42,262 bases of DNA, taken from positions 1 to 42,262 of the IMG/VR virus record IMGVR_UViG_3300035002_000029. One strand, 5' to 3'. The position numbers were made by a program, and so were the translations under genes. A model generated the notes under the pieces. That model made no database searches and had not been told where the DNA came from. It was given only the letters and a program-made list of their open reading frames with translations. The stretch comes from a virus. Its lineage: Duplodnaviria; Caudoviricetes. Positions 18,083-26,484 of the stretch are shown piece after piece (positions within the stretch are counted from its first letter, which is position 1; each line of letters opens with the position of its first letter).

Positions 18083-18463
18083 TCAGCCCTGGATGCGGCT
18101 GGGTGCGATGGTGGTGACGCCGATGTCGCCCAGGACACCGGAGGCCATGGCCTGCCCGATGATGCCGGCGTTGACGCCAGCCCCCGGCGCGGCCGCGACG
18201 GCGCGGCCGACGCCATCGGAGGTGAGATAGTCCCCCCGCGTGACGTTGCCGCCGTATTCGACCTCGGCGAGGCCGACGAGCTGGACATCGCAGCGCTCGC
18301 CGAGCGCGGCATCGATCTCGGTCGAAACGCCGAAGACCTTGTCGGTCGACGCGGCGCCGACGACGACAAGATCATCGGCCGCGCCGAACTTGACGATGCG
18401 GCGGCGGGGCACGGCGGCCTCCGCCTTGAAGTTTTTGGACAGGATGGTGGACTGGCCAGCCAT
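18083..18463 (-). CDS. Capsid decoration/cement protein (DUF2190-like)
   Basis: 126 aa, Gly/Ala/Val-rich, GGNVTRGDYLTSDGVGRAV; lies between scaffold and capsid genes. Confidence 0.8.
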   Translation of the reverse strand: MAGQSTILSKNFKAEAAVPRRRIVKFGAADDLVVVGAASTDKVFGVSTEIDAALGERCDVQLVGLAEVEYGGNVTRGDYLTSDGVGRAVAAAPGAGVNAGIIGQAMASGVLGDIGVTTIAPSRIQG

Positions 18464-18466
18464 AGA

Positions 18467-18955
18467 TCAGGCTCCCTTCTTGTGTTTGTCGGTGACACGA
18501 CGGACGGCGAAGGCTGCGGAAATGGGCCGCCCCGCTTTGGCTTCGGCTTCGGCGAACGAGATCGCCTCCTCGGCGATCGCCGCGGGATCTAGCTCGCCCT
18601 CGATCGGCTTGCCGTCGTCGGCCGCGGCTTCGCCGAGGCTGACCAGCGGCTTCGCCTGGTCGAGCAGCTTGAGCATTGCGGCGTGCGGCGTCAGCTCGCC
18701 GGCCTCGCCGAAGCTGATCGCCTGCGGCTCGCCATCGCCGAGGGCGTCGAGCACGCCGACGAGAAGATCCTTGCCCGCGGGCGCGAGCGTCACCTTGGCG
18801 ATCATACCTTCGGCGAAGCTGACGTTGGCGGCGTGCAGATCGGCCTTGGCTTTGTCGGCCAGCGCCTTCTCGCGGTTGGTGGCGGCCTCCTCCCGCGCGG
18901 CGATCGCCTGCTCGCGCTCGGCGAAGCTCACCTCTTTGTTGTCACTGTCGGACAT
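18467..18955 (-). CDS. Nested in-frame scaffold protein (Mu gpZ-like)
   Basis: Internal AGGAG RBS before the ATG at 18955 (MSDSDNKE); acidic coiled coil. Confidence 0.65.
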   Translation of the reverse strand: MSDSDNKEVSFAEREQAIAAREEAATNREKALADKAKADLHAANVSFAEGMIAKVTLAPAGKDLLVGVLDALGDGEPQAISFGEAGELTPHAAMLKLLDQAKPLVSLGEAAADDGKPIEGELDPAAIAEEAISFAEAEAKAGRPISAAFAVRRVTDKHKKGA

Positions 18956-19432
18956 CACGGTCTCCTGTTCAATGTTGAGAAGTTCCCCGGCATCGTCGGC
19001 CGCGAAGCTCACCGTCCCGAGGCCTTTGACCCCAGGAGCGTGGGCGCCGAGAAAGCCGACGTGCTTGAGATGGTATCGGCCGGGCGTGGGATTGCCCGGA
19101 TGCGAGGGGGGATAGAGCTGCGAGGACACCTTGGCGTAGCGCCCGGCGCCAACGGCCTCGGCGAACGACGGCTCAACGCGATCGGGATAGGCCAGCAGCT
19201 CGTCGCCTTTGACGGCCAGTTTGCCGACCCAGCCATAGGCGGGCTCGTCGATCTTGGGATGGCCGATTACCAGCGGCGCCGGATCCTTCTCGGCGTCATA
19301 GCTGGCGACGATCGCCTGCAAGTCGGACGCGGTGAAGGGCACCTTACGGCCTTCGGCCGAGGTGAACTCGCCGACACGCAGTATGCGGATCGGTTTGACG
19401 GCTTGAGCGTTGGTGGCGGATGCGGTGTCCAT
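18467..19432 (-). CDS. Prohead protease/scaffold (Mu gpI-like)
   Basis: APLVIGHP, AYGWV, KVSSQLY and HVGFLGA..P.VKGL motifs. Confidence 0.9.
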   Translation of the reverse strand: MDTASATNAQAVKPIRILRVGEFTSAEGRKVPFTASDLQAIVASYDAEKDPAPLVIGHPKIDEPAYGWVGKLAVKGDELLAYPDRVEPSFAEAVGAGRYAKVSSQLYPPSHPGNPTPGRYHLKHVGFLGAHAPGVKGLGTVSFAADDAGELLNIEQETVMSDSDNKEVSFAEREQAIAAREEAATNREKALADKAKADLHAANVSFAEGMIAKVTLAPAGKDLLVGVLDALGDGEPQAISFGEAGELTPHAAMLKLLDQAKPLVSLGEAAADDGKPIEGELDPAAIAEEAISFAEAEAKAGRPISAAFAVRRVTDKHKKGA

Positions 19433-19438
19433 GACCCG

Positions 19439-19484
19439 CATCTAGGCGGAGGCAGAACTCCAAACCCCCGTCCGCTAACGGACG
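19439..19484 (-). promoter_or_regulatory. Putative late promoter of the head-tail operon
   Basis: Perfect dyad CGTCCG-N4-CGGACG (19469-84) plus GGGGT, 19 bp, TAGATG, 6 nt, then ATG. Confidence 0.75.
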
Positions 19485-19548
19485 AGGCGATGTCGCCTCT
19501 CTATTGGTTTAGACAAGCTTGCTCGCTAGTTGCAAGGCGTGAGGTAAT

Positions 19549-20586
19549 TTAGCCTACCCGAAACTGGATACCGCTGCGGCCGGTGCCGTCCGCCATCATC
19601 TCCCTTGCGAGAGTAAAATCGGATTTCTGGCAGATCACAAACTCACGCGCCTGACTTACCTGGAGCGAGTTGTGAAAATCCATGTTCTCGGACGTGGGCC
19701 GCGAGGGCAACCCTGCACGCCAAGCATCCAGCAGATCATCGAGCGGTCGCGCAACCGACGTTATTTCCTCGATAAAAGCTTTCATCTGGGCAGCCGATAT
19801 TTTCCCGTCCATTACGGCTTGGAGAGCAGCGGCTTGGGTCTTGCGGTCTTGCCCCGCGCGGGCCTCTGCGAAACCTCGCATCAACGACGGACACCAAGCG
19901 GCGAGCATCAAATCGGCCGCTAATGGCATGTATATTTCTATCCCTTTGACCCCTAGACCAATGTTCCCTCGAAAAGGTGGCGCGTCACTACTGTTGTGAA
20001 GCGTTACTGGATGATCTCCGAGATAGAAACTTCGACCGTGCGGCGCGCCTATCAGGACAAAGTCCTTCTCAGCGATTACCTTCGTTATGCTTCCGAGTTG
20101 TCTGCCGATAAAACGGATATGCTGCAGCTTTAGCCGATCCGGTGTCAGCTCCTCGTATCCTTTGACATCAGACAACGAATGCCCCCGCCTCCTGAGTGTG
20201 GCATCAAGCTGGACATCCATGCTCGCGAAATGATCGCGAAGTTGCCTCGTGCGCATAAACTGGAATGCCACCAGACACGCCAGGTTGGCGCGCTGCTCGT
20301 GCGATCCATCAAGCCGTCGATCCTGCAGGATTTGGGTATAGGTTGGAAGAACTGCGTCTTCGATCTGGCCGATGAACGGCTCGAAGCTGGCAATCCACTC
20401 ATCATCAATCAGGAACTCGTGGAAGCGATTCTCCGCCATTATGTTCGATATGCTGGTCGAAAAGCCCCGGCCAGTGCTCTTCTGAAATACCGAGACCTGC
20501 TCCTTCTTTGGATTGGACAGGAAGTTTCGCAGTATAAATTTAGGAACGTAGTGTTCGGTTTCCGGCTGCCCTTCACTATTGCTCAA
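19549..20586 (-). CDS. DUF4238-like protein (moron)
   Basis: HYVPKFILRNF N-terminus, QFMRT, F..GDHPV and IYMPL motifs; lower GC than flanking genes. Confidence 0.8.
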   Translation of the reverse strand: MSNSEGQPETEHYVPKFILRNFLSNPKKEQVSVFQKSTGRGFSTSISNIMAENRFHEFLIDDEWIASFEPFIGQIEDAVLPTYTQILQDRRLDGSHEQRANLACLVAFQFMRTRQLRDHFASMDVQLDATLRRRGHSLSDVKGYEELTPDRLKLQHIRFIGRQLGSITKVIAEKDFVLIGAPHGRSFYLGDHPVTLHNSSDAPPFRGNIGLGVKGIEIYMPLAADLMLAAWCPSLMRGFAEARAGQDRKTQAAALQAVMDGKISAAQMKAFIEEITSVARPLDDLLDAWRAGLPSRPTSENMDFHNSLQVSQAREFVICQKSDFTLAREMMADGTGRSGIQFRVG

Positions 20587-20888
20587 AGGATTTTCACCTC
20601 ACTTCCCGGCTCGCTGAACGATATCGCCAAGTCCGCAATAGTGACATACCATATGGCCGCGAGTGCGCAAAACTCACCGTCCGTGGGCAAGCCCCCGCGA
20701 GACAATTGATACAGGCGTTCAGAGGCAATTCCCGTCCGCTTCGTTATCGTGGCAAAGGGCGTACCCTGCTGTGCAACCCAAGCGTTGAACCACCCCGATC
20801 CGCGCCGGATCATCTGCCAGACGGGGTGATTAGCATCATAAGGGCGAACTGCCTTGACGATCGGACGCTCACCCTTTCGGCGGCTCAC
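20583..20888 (-). CDS. Small XRE-like HTH protein
   Basis: ITKRTGIASERLYQLSRGG.PT..E..ALA; GTGA coupling to the upstream gene. Confidence 0.6.
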   Translation of the reverse strand: MSRRKGERPIVKAVRPYDANHPVWQMIRRGSGWFNAWVAQQGTPFATITKRTGIASERLYQLSRGGLPTDGEFCALAAIWYVTIADLAISFSEPGSEVKIL

Positions 20889-21145
20889 TGCGCGAACTTG
20901 TGGAAGTCGGCTACATCGACGACGCGCAGAGTAACCGTGCGAGGCACCCGGCTCTCGCTCACGCGGATCTCTTTGGCAAACTGCACAGGAGAAAAGGGCG
21001 GGGCTTGGTCGCATCCATCTTCGGCCTCCGGCGCGATGAAGCGCGGCGGCGTGCCGCCGCCATGTCGGCGCACCTCAGCCGTAAGCTCGCGCGGACTTCG
21101 GACGAACAAGTCCGGTTGCGCGAGGCAGGAATGGTTATGAGACAT
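20885..21145 (-). CDS. Hypothetical protein, first gene of the LexA-box operon
   Basis: TAGGAG RBS; stop codon coupled to the next start. Confidence 0.55.
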   Translation of the reverse strand: MSHNHSCLAQPDLFVRSPRELTAEVRRHGGGTPPRFIAPEAEDGCDQAPPFSPVQFAKEIRVSESRVPRTVTLRVVDVADFHKFAQ

Positions 21146-21181
21146 TGCAACGCTCCTAAAACACCGACTCGGGCTCGCAAT

Positions 21182-21196
21182 GTTCCACCTTTGTTC
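21182..21196. promoter_or_regulatory. Alphaproteobacterial LexA (SOS) box
   Basis: GTTC-CACCTTT-GTTC. Confidence 0.75.
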
Positions 21197-21197
21197 T

Positions 21198-21938
21198 CTA
21201 TTGTCCAGAAGGCCCGGTTAAACGGGGAGGGGGCGTATAGTTTTCGATATTGGGCCGCGGGGTCAGAGGTACCGCGGCAATCTGCCATTTCTGGAAGGCG
21301 GCAGTTTCCAGTCGGCGAAACGCGTTTAGCGCCCAGTCGTGCGTCGAGACCGCACTTGCCAATTTGTCGTGCCGCTTCGCCTCGATACCGGGTCTAGCTA
21401 ACGCGGTGGCCTCGTCTTCGCGTCGGTATAGCTCGGTTATTCGCGCGTTCATGGCGTAGGCCCGGCTCCGGATTTTGACGAAGTCCTTGAGAAGCGCGAT
21501 GGGAATTTGGCCTGTATCGACCGACCGCATCGCTTCAATTATCTCGGTCGTTCTCAAGGCCCGCAGGCCAAATTCCTCTGTCGAATTACCAAGCGCCACG
21601 TTCAGGCGGTCGCCGACTGTTTCGAGGCTTTCATGGGCCATGCTGTAGGCAGCCTCGGCCGCCGCCTTCTCAGCCGCGAGCGCCGCCTGCAATGCAGCGG
21701 TATCAGCTTCCCTCTTCGCGTGGACTGCCCGGCTGTGCTGCCAAAGAGCAACCCACACGGCCAGACAGATAGATATCGTTGCCCCGATGGCTTGCACCCA
21801 TCCGGGGATGTCATCCTTATTGTCCGCAATAAGATAGGCCGATCCGATCGCGACCAGCACGACAGCTGCTGTCGTCACCAGTCCTACGCCGATCCAGTAC
21901 CGATTTGTCCACTCGTCCATCCGTAATATTTTGCGCAT
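21198..21938 (-). CDS. Membrane-anchored moron protein
   Basis: Two N-terminal TM helices (WVQAIGATISI) plus a helical soluble domain; GGAGGGG RBS. Confidence 0.75.
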   Translation of the reverse strand: MRKILRMDEWTNRYWIGVGLVTTAAVVLVAIGSAYLIADNKDDIPGWVQAIGATISICLAVWVALWQHSRAVHAKREADTAALQAALAAEKAAAEAAYSMAHESLETVGDRLNVALGNSTEEFGLRALRTTEIIEAMRSVDTGQIPIALLKDFVKIRSRAYAMNARITELYRREDEATALARPGIEAKRHDKLASAVSTHDWALNAFRRLETAAFQKWQIAAVPLTPRPNIENYTPPPRLTGPSGQ

Positions 21939-22066
21939 ATCCCCTCCAAGCCGCTAGAAATGCCCGCACAGAAGCCCTTGGGCAAGCCGCCCACGCCTAT
22001 CGGCAAGAAAAAACGGGTTCACCCCCCACTTTGCGCTGCGCGGCCCCCTGTGGGCAAAAAATCCGC

Positions 22067-22255
22067 CTATGAAATATCGCCGCCCGATCGCAGTTCGTGC
22101 AGCCGGGCGGCGATCGCCTGCCACATGGCCACGCCCGCCGCGTCGCCGGCCAGCGCAAGCGCGCCGATCCGCTCGGCGACGAACACCGGAGCGCGATCCC
22201 CATGCTGGCGTTCCACGGCCACGGCGCACGCCCAGACATGCTGCTCGGGCGTCAT
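22067..22255 (-). CDS. DUF6961-like small protein
   Basis: MTPEQHVWACAVAVERQHG.RAP.FVAERIGALALAGD..GVA.W pattern. Confidence 0.7.
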   Translation of the reverse strand: MTPEQHVWACAVAVERQHGDRAPVFVAERIGALALAGDAAGVAMWQAIAARLHELRSGGDIS

Positions 22256-22403
22256 AGCCACGACGCGACCCGCTGCCACAGGCCGAACAACGTCATCCCT
22301 ACAGAGACGGCGAGCAGGATCCAGAACTCGACTTGCGCCAAAACGGAACGGGCACCGCGTGCCCAACGTAGACAGCCGATCCGCAGCGCCGTAAAAATGC
22401 GCG

Positions 22404-22778
22404 ATGTTCTATCGCTCTCTATGGCCCGTCCTCGCCCTGACTTGCCTGTCGGCCTGCTCGAACAGCGAGCCGCTCGACAGCGGCACCGAAGCCGAGGTGA
22501 AAGCCTACTTCGCGAACGACAGGACGTCGAGCCATCTGAGGGTCGCCTCGTCCTGGCGGGCCGACGCGATCGCGACCTCGACCGTATGCGGCAAGATGGC
22601 GCCCGACGCCGATGGCGCCGAGCCGCGTTTCGTTTACGACCCGCAAGGCAAATACGGGCAGGTATCGCTGCCGTCCGGCACCATCGGTGAGAACGACGCG
22701 ACCGACACCTTGATAGCCAAGAACCGCGAAATCTTCGACGATTTGTGGCGCGAGCACTGCGAGGCTTTCGCCCCGTAG
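22404..22778 (+). CDS. Moron lipoprotein
   Basis: MFYRSLWPVLALTCLSAC lipobox; VCG and W...C Cys pair. Confidence 0.75.
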   Translation: MFYRSLWPVLALTCLSACSNSEPLDSGTEAEVKAYFANDRTSSHLRVASSWRADAIATSTVCGKMAPDADGAEPRFVYDPQGKYGQVSLPSGTIGENDATDTLIAKNREIFDDLWREHCEAFAP

Positions 22779-22805
22779 ACTTGGCGGTCCCGATCGGCGC
22801 CTGAA

Positions 22806-23555
22806 CTAGGCGACAGAGCGAACCGGTTGCGCCGGATCAGGGCCTGGCAACCCAGTGACAAGCTCGGCGAGCTTCGCGGCTACGACCGTCATGGAGTCCT
22901 CCGCAGTGTCCAAACCGGTCCGAGAGCCGAGCAATGGACTGACATCCCGCAGAGCTTCGTAAGTGGTTTCATGCACAATCGGGATAAGGCGGTCCCGCGC
23001 GAGAAGCGCCGAGAGCTCCTTGTCCGCGATCCCCTCATTCGGAAGCCGGCGAAGCAGGGCCGGTGTGACCAATACAATTCCCACTCGGGAATTCGCCAGA
23101 CCCTTGTCGATCGTGCGGAGCAGGGGAACACCAAGTCCCACATCCTTCTCGCTAAACCAAACTTTGACACCAGCCGCTTCGAGGAGATCGTGCAACTGCT
23201 TAGCGGCACCCTGCCGGTCATCCCATGCATGGCATAGAAATACGTCCCGGCGATCGGGTTGCACCGGCAAGTGCTCGATAGTTTCGCGTACCGGAGTGAG
23301 CGCCAACACTTGAGCTGAGGTGTAGACGAGTGACGAACCTGCACGCTGCCAGCGCGGCCTTGCGCCACCGCTCGACCCGCTGCGGCCACCCCCTGAAGAA
23401 CCGTAAGAGGGGGAAGAATAAGATGGCGAAGAATAAGAGGGCGACGAGTATGATCCGTAACCGCGGTAGCCACCGTAGCGCCCCCCGCACGCAGGACATT
23501 CCGCCGCAGCGGCCGAAGAGCGATGACCCCTTACAGGTGCAGTGCATCTAGCCAT
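22806..23555 (-). CDS. TIR-domain protein with N-terminal Cys/His cluster and Gly/Ser/Tyr linker
   Basis: DVFLCHAWDD, GVKVWFSE, IDKGLANSRVGIVLVTP, KEL (putative catalytic Glu) and LIPIVH motifs. Confidence 0.9.
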   Translation of the reverse strand: MARCTAPVRGHRSSAAAAECPACGGRYGGYRGYGSYSSPSYSSPSYSSPSYGSSGGGRSGSSGGARPRWQRAGSSLVYTSAQVLALTPVRETIEHLPVQPDRRDVFLCHAWDDRQGAAKQLHDLLEAAGVKVWFSEKDVGLGVPLLRTIDKGLANSRVGIVLVTPALLRRLPNEGIADKELSALLARDRLIPIVHETTYEALRDVSPLLGSRTGLDTAEDSMTVVAAKLAELVTGLPGPDPAQPVRSVA

Positions 23556-23561
23556 GCAGCT

Positions 23562-23590
23562 AATGTAGCGCGTTCCCCCATCGTTCTCAA
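23562..23590 (-). promoter_or_regulatory. Sigma70-type promoter of the TIR gene overlapped by a LexA box
   Basis: TTGAGA (23590-85), 17 bp, TACATT (23567-62); GTTC-CCCCATC-GTTC at 23572-86. Confidence 0.75.
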
Positions 23591-23604
23591 GGGCCGCACG
23601 AAGC

Positions 23605-24315
23605 CTAGGTTTTCTTGATCACCGCGACCACGCGGCCGATGATGTGGATCTCGCCGTCGGCCGCGACCTCGTCGGGCACGACCGGGTTATCACTTTTGAT
23701 GACGATCGTCCCGCCCGGCCTCGTGCCCAACCGCTTCACCATCCCCATCTCCCCGATCGCGCAGACCCAGATCAGGTCGGCGAAGGAGGGCGACGTGTCG
23801 TTCAGGTCGATCAGCATGATGTCGCCATCGTCGATCGTGGGCGACATGGAGTTGCCCTTGCCCGGCGCGAACCGCAGCGCCGAGGGCGGTGACATGGTGT
23901 ACCGCCGCACCCAATCCAGCGGGAAGTAACGCGCGGTTTCTGCCACCACCATGCCGTCGACGAAGGTAGCACCGAGCCCGTAGGCGAGATCGATCTCGCC
24001 GATCTGCGCAAAGCCCTCGACCGCGGGAAGGTCGCCGCCTTCTTGAGGCAGCGCATCGGAAGTCTCGGGGTCGATGAATTCGTCCATCGAGCAATTGAGC
24101 GCGGCTGCGATCGCGCGAAGCGTTCCGACCTTCGGCGTGGCCTCGGCATTCATAATCGCGTTCAGCGACTGCCGGGAAATGCCCGCCTTGGCGGCGACGC
24201 CCGAAGCCGTGCCGTGAGCGAAGACCGCCAACCTCACCGCTGCAGCGGACGCGGCTGTCCAACCGAGCACGCGCGACGTGTCATTTTCCGGTTGACTTGT
24301 CACTTTACTTGTCAT
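23605..24315 (-). CDS. Prophage CI-like repressor (XRE HTH + S24 peptidase); start uncertain
   Basis: VAAKAGISRQSLNAIMN HTH; GNSM Ser and VKR Lys; divergent from ner. Confidence 0.88.
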   Translation of the reverse strand: MTSKVTSQPENDTSRVLGWTAASAAAVRLAVFAHGTASGVAAKAGISRQSLNAIMNAEATPKVGTLRAIAAALNCSMDEFIDPETSDALPQEGGDLPAVEGFAQIGEIDLAYGLGATFVDGMVVAETARYFPLDWVRRYTMSPPSALRFAPGKGNSMSPTIDDGDIMLIDLNDTSPSFADLIWVCAIGEMGMVKRLGTRPGGTIVIKSDNPVVPDEVAADGEIHIIGRVVAVIKKT

Positions 24316-24356
24316 TATGCCTGTCAACATGACAAGTGTAAGCCAAACTGACAGGC
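24278..24356. promoter_or_regulatory. Lysis-lysogeny operator array (TGTCA/TGACA boxes)
   Basis: ACTTGTCA twice and GCCTGTCA at a 12-bp period, then inverted TGACAAGT and TGACAGGC. Confidence 0.65.
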
Positions 24357-24613
24357 CCGATTGGCATCCTGAGGATATCAAGGCCGAAATTCGCAAGCGC
24401 GGCGGCACCGTCGCGCAGCTTGCGCGCGACAGCGGCCTGTCCAAACAACTGCTCGGGCAGTGCATCGAACGCCGTGCGTCCGAGCATGGCGATGAGGTCA
24501 TCGCGAAGTTTCTTGGCTTCCAGCCCCACCAGATCTGGCCCTCTCGTTACACCGCCAAGGGCACGCGCATCCGTTTCCGCGCAACCCCGGCAGCCGCGCA
24601 GGTGGCGGCATGA
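24329..24613 (+). CDS. ner: Ner-like transcriptional regulator
   Basis: DWHPEDIKAEIRKRG...IAKFLG..PHQIWPSRY, the Ner/Nlp signature. Confidence 0.92.
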   Translation: MTSVSQTDRPDWHPEDIKAEIRKRGGTVAQLARDSGLSKQLLGQCIERRASEHGDEVIAKFLGFQPHQIWPSRYTAKGTRIRFRATPAAAQVAA

Positions 24614-26469
24614 CGGCGGCCTATCACAACGCGCCGCCCGCGCCAACGTCCTCCCATTGTTCTCTTTTGCGTCCGTCTCAAGACGACACATCGGCGCCGA
24701 TCGTGCCCGGCTATGTGTCGGCGAGCGAGCTGGCTGCAGCCCAGCTTCCCGGCCTTCCAAAGACCCATAGCGCGATCCTGCGCCGCGCCGCGGCGGAGGG
24801 CTGGCGCTACATTGATCGCGCCGGTCGCGGCGGCGGCCGACTATTCCATCTTATCGACCTGCCGAAGGAGGCGCGCGAAGCGCTCGCCGAGTCGCGGATC
24901 CGCAACATGCCTGCGGCGCCGGTCGGGCGGCCGAAGGGCAGCGACTATTTCACGCTCAACCCCGACGTCGCCGGGGCGGTCGAGGCGCTCATAGCGAGCC
25001 GTCGCCTTTCGGCGCCGCAAGTCATGAAGCTGATTGCCACGCAGTTCGTCAACCTGCCATCAAAGCGGTCGCTCCAGCGCTTCATGGCGAAGGTCGAGGA
25101 CGAGAAGCGCGCGTTGATCGCCTCGATCCGCGACCCCGACGCGTACAAGGGTCGCTACCGCGTCGCCCTCGGCCGCGCCGATGCCGACACGACGCGCGCC
25201 CACCAATGCTGGGAGCTGGACACCACCAAGGCCGACGTGATGACTGCGGGCGGCCGCAAGATGATCCTCGGCGTCATCGACCGCTGGTCGCGCCGCGCCA
25301 ACTTCATGGTGGTCCCCTCTGAAAGTGGGCAGGCCGTGCGCCGCTTCCTCGTCGACACGATCCGCAAATGGGGCGTTATGCCCGAGGCGGTGATGACCGA
25401 CAACGGCTCGGGCTTCATCAACCAGTCCATCCGCTCGGCGCTCGACACGCTCGGCATCGAGCATCGCATATGCCCGCCCGGATCCCCCGAAAAGAAGCCG
25501 CACGTCGAGCGTCTGTTCGGGACGTTCAACCGGGAGTGCGCCGAGCTGCTCTCGGGCTACATCGGGCACAGCGTCGCCGAAGCCCAAGCGCTTCGCGCCA
25601 AGGCGCGCAAGGAAACGGGCCGGGCGGTCATCGTCCCGACCATGACGCCCGAGGAGCTGCAGACCGTTCTCGATGGCTGGGTCGACGGCGTCTACCATGT
25701 CCGCGAGCATAGCTCGCTGCGCATGTCCCCGATGCGCAAATGGCAATCTTCCCCGGCGCGGCCCCGCGCCGCGGTCGGTGAGGATGTGCTGCGTCTCGCC
25801 CTCTCTGCGCTGGTCGGACAACGCAACGTCGGCAAGCGCGGCGTGCAATGGAAGGGCGGCCGCTACTGGTCGGCCGCGCTCGCGCCGTGGGTCGGCCGCG
25901 ACGTCATCGTCCGCCGCGACGAGGATGATCTCGGGCAGCTCTTCATCTTCGCACCCAGCGGCGAGTTCATCGACATCGCCGTCTCCGCGCTGCGCTCGGG
26001 CCTTTCCGAAGCTGAGTTCGCCATGGCCGCGCATCAAGATCAGGACAGTTTCATGCGGTCGGCAAAAGCCGATATGCGCCGCCGCTCAAAGGGTTTCACC
26101 TTCGAGAAGGCGCGCGATCGCATCCTGCGCGACAACGCCGAGGCGGTGGGCAAGCTCATCCACTTCGCTCCGCAAACCCAGCCGCATTCGACGCCGACGA
26201 TCGCCAGCCTGACCGACGCCGCGAACACCGCCGCGCCTGTTCCGGCGGCGGCCAAGCGCCCCGCAGCCGCCTCGATCATCCCGCTCCCGAAGTCGCCCGC
26301 TCAAAAGGTTCGCGAGGCCGACGAGATCATTGCCCGCGCCGACGCTGGCGAGCTGGTCGACGCCGACGAGCTGCGCCGCGCCCAGCTCTACGCGACCACC
26401 AGCGAATACCGCGCCCAGCGAATGGTCGCCGACGCATTCGCCGCCCCCGCTCAATCTACATCCGCCTAA
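24610..26469 (+). CDS. Transposase A (DDE)
   Basis: Mu-type N-terminal HTH (RAAAEGW..GRGGG), WELD, TDNGSGF, KPHVERLFGT, and a Mu-type C-terminal barrel. Confidence 0.95.
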   Translation: MTAAYHNAPPAPTSSHCSLLRPSQDDTSAPIVPGYVSASELAAAQLPGLPKTHSAILRRAAAEGWRYIDRAGRGGGRLFHLIDLPKEAREALAESRIRNMPAAPVGRPKGSDYFTLNPDVAGAVEALIASRRLSAPQVMKLIATQFVNLPSKRSLQRFMAKVEDEKRALIASIRDPDAYKGRYRVALGRADADTTRAHQCWELDTTKADVMTAGGRKMILGVIDRWSRRANFMVVPSESGQAVRRFLVDTIRKWGVMPEAVMTDNGSGFINQSIRSALDTLGIEHRICPPGSPEKKPHVERLFGTFNRECAELLSGYIGHSVAEAQALRAKARKETGRAVIVPTMTPEELQTVLDGWVDGVYHVREHSSLRMSPMRKWQSSPARPRAAVGEDVLRLALSALVGQRNVGKRGVQWKGGRYWSAALAPWVGRDVIVRRDEDDLGQLFIFAPSGEFIDIAVSALRSGLSEAEFAMAAHQDQDSFMRSAKADMRRRSKGFTFEKARDRILRDNAEAVGKLIHFAPQTQPHSTPTIASLTDAANTAAPVPAAAKRPAAASIIPLPKSPAQKVREADEIIARADAGELVDADELRRAQLYATTSEYRAQRMVADAFAAPAQSTSA

Positions 26470-26484
26470 CCGAAGGAGAATTTC

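Noticed and set aside
22324-22349. Degenerate tandem SOS box (GAAC-N7-GCGC-N7-GAAC), also containing GCGCCAAAA like the end repeats
   Set aside because: The middle half-site has two mismatches, and the single partial end-like match could be chance
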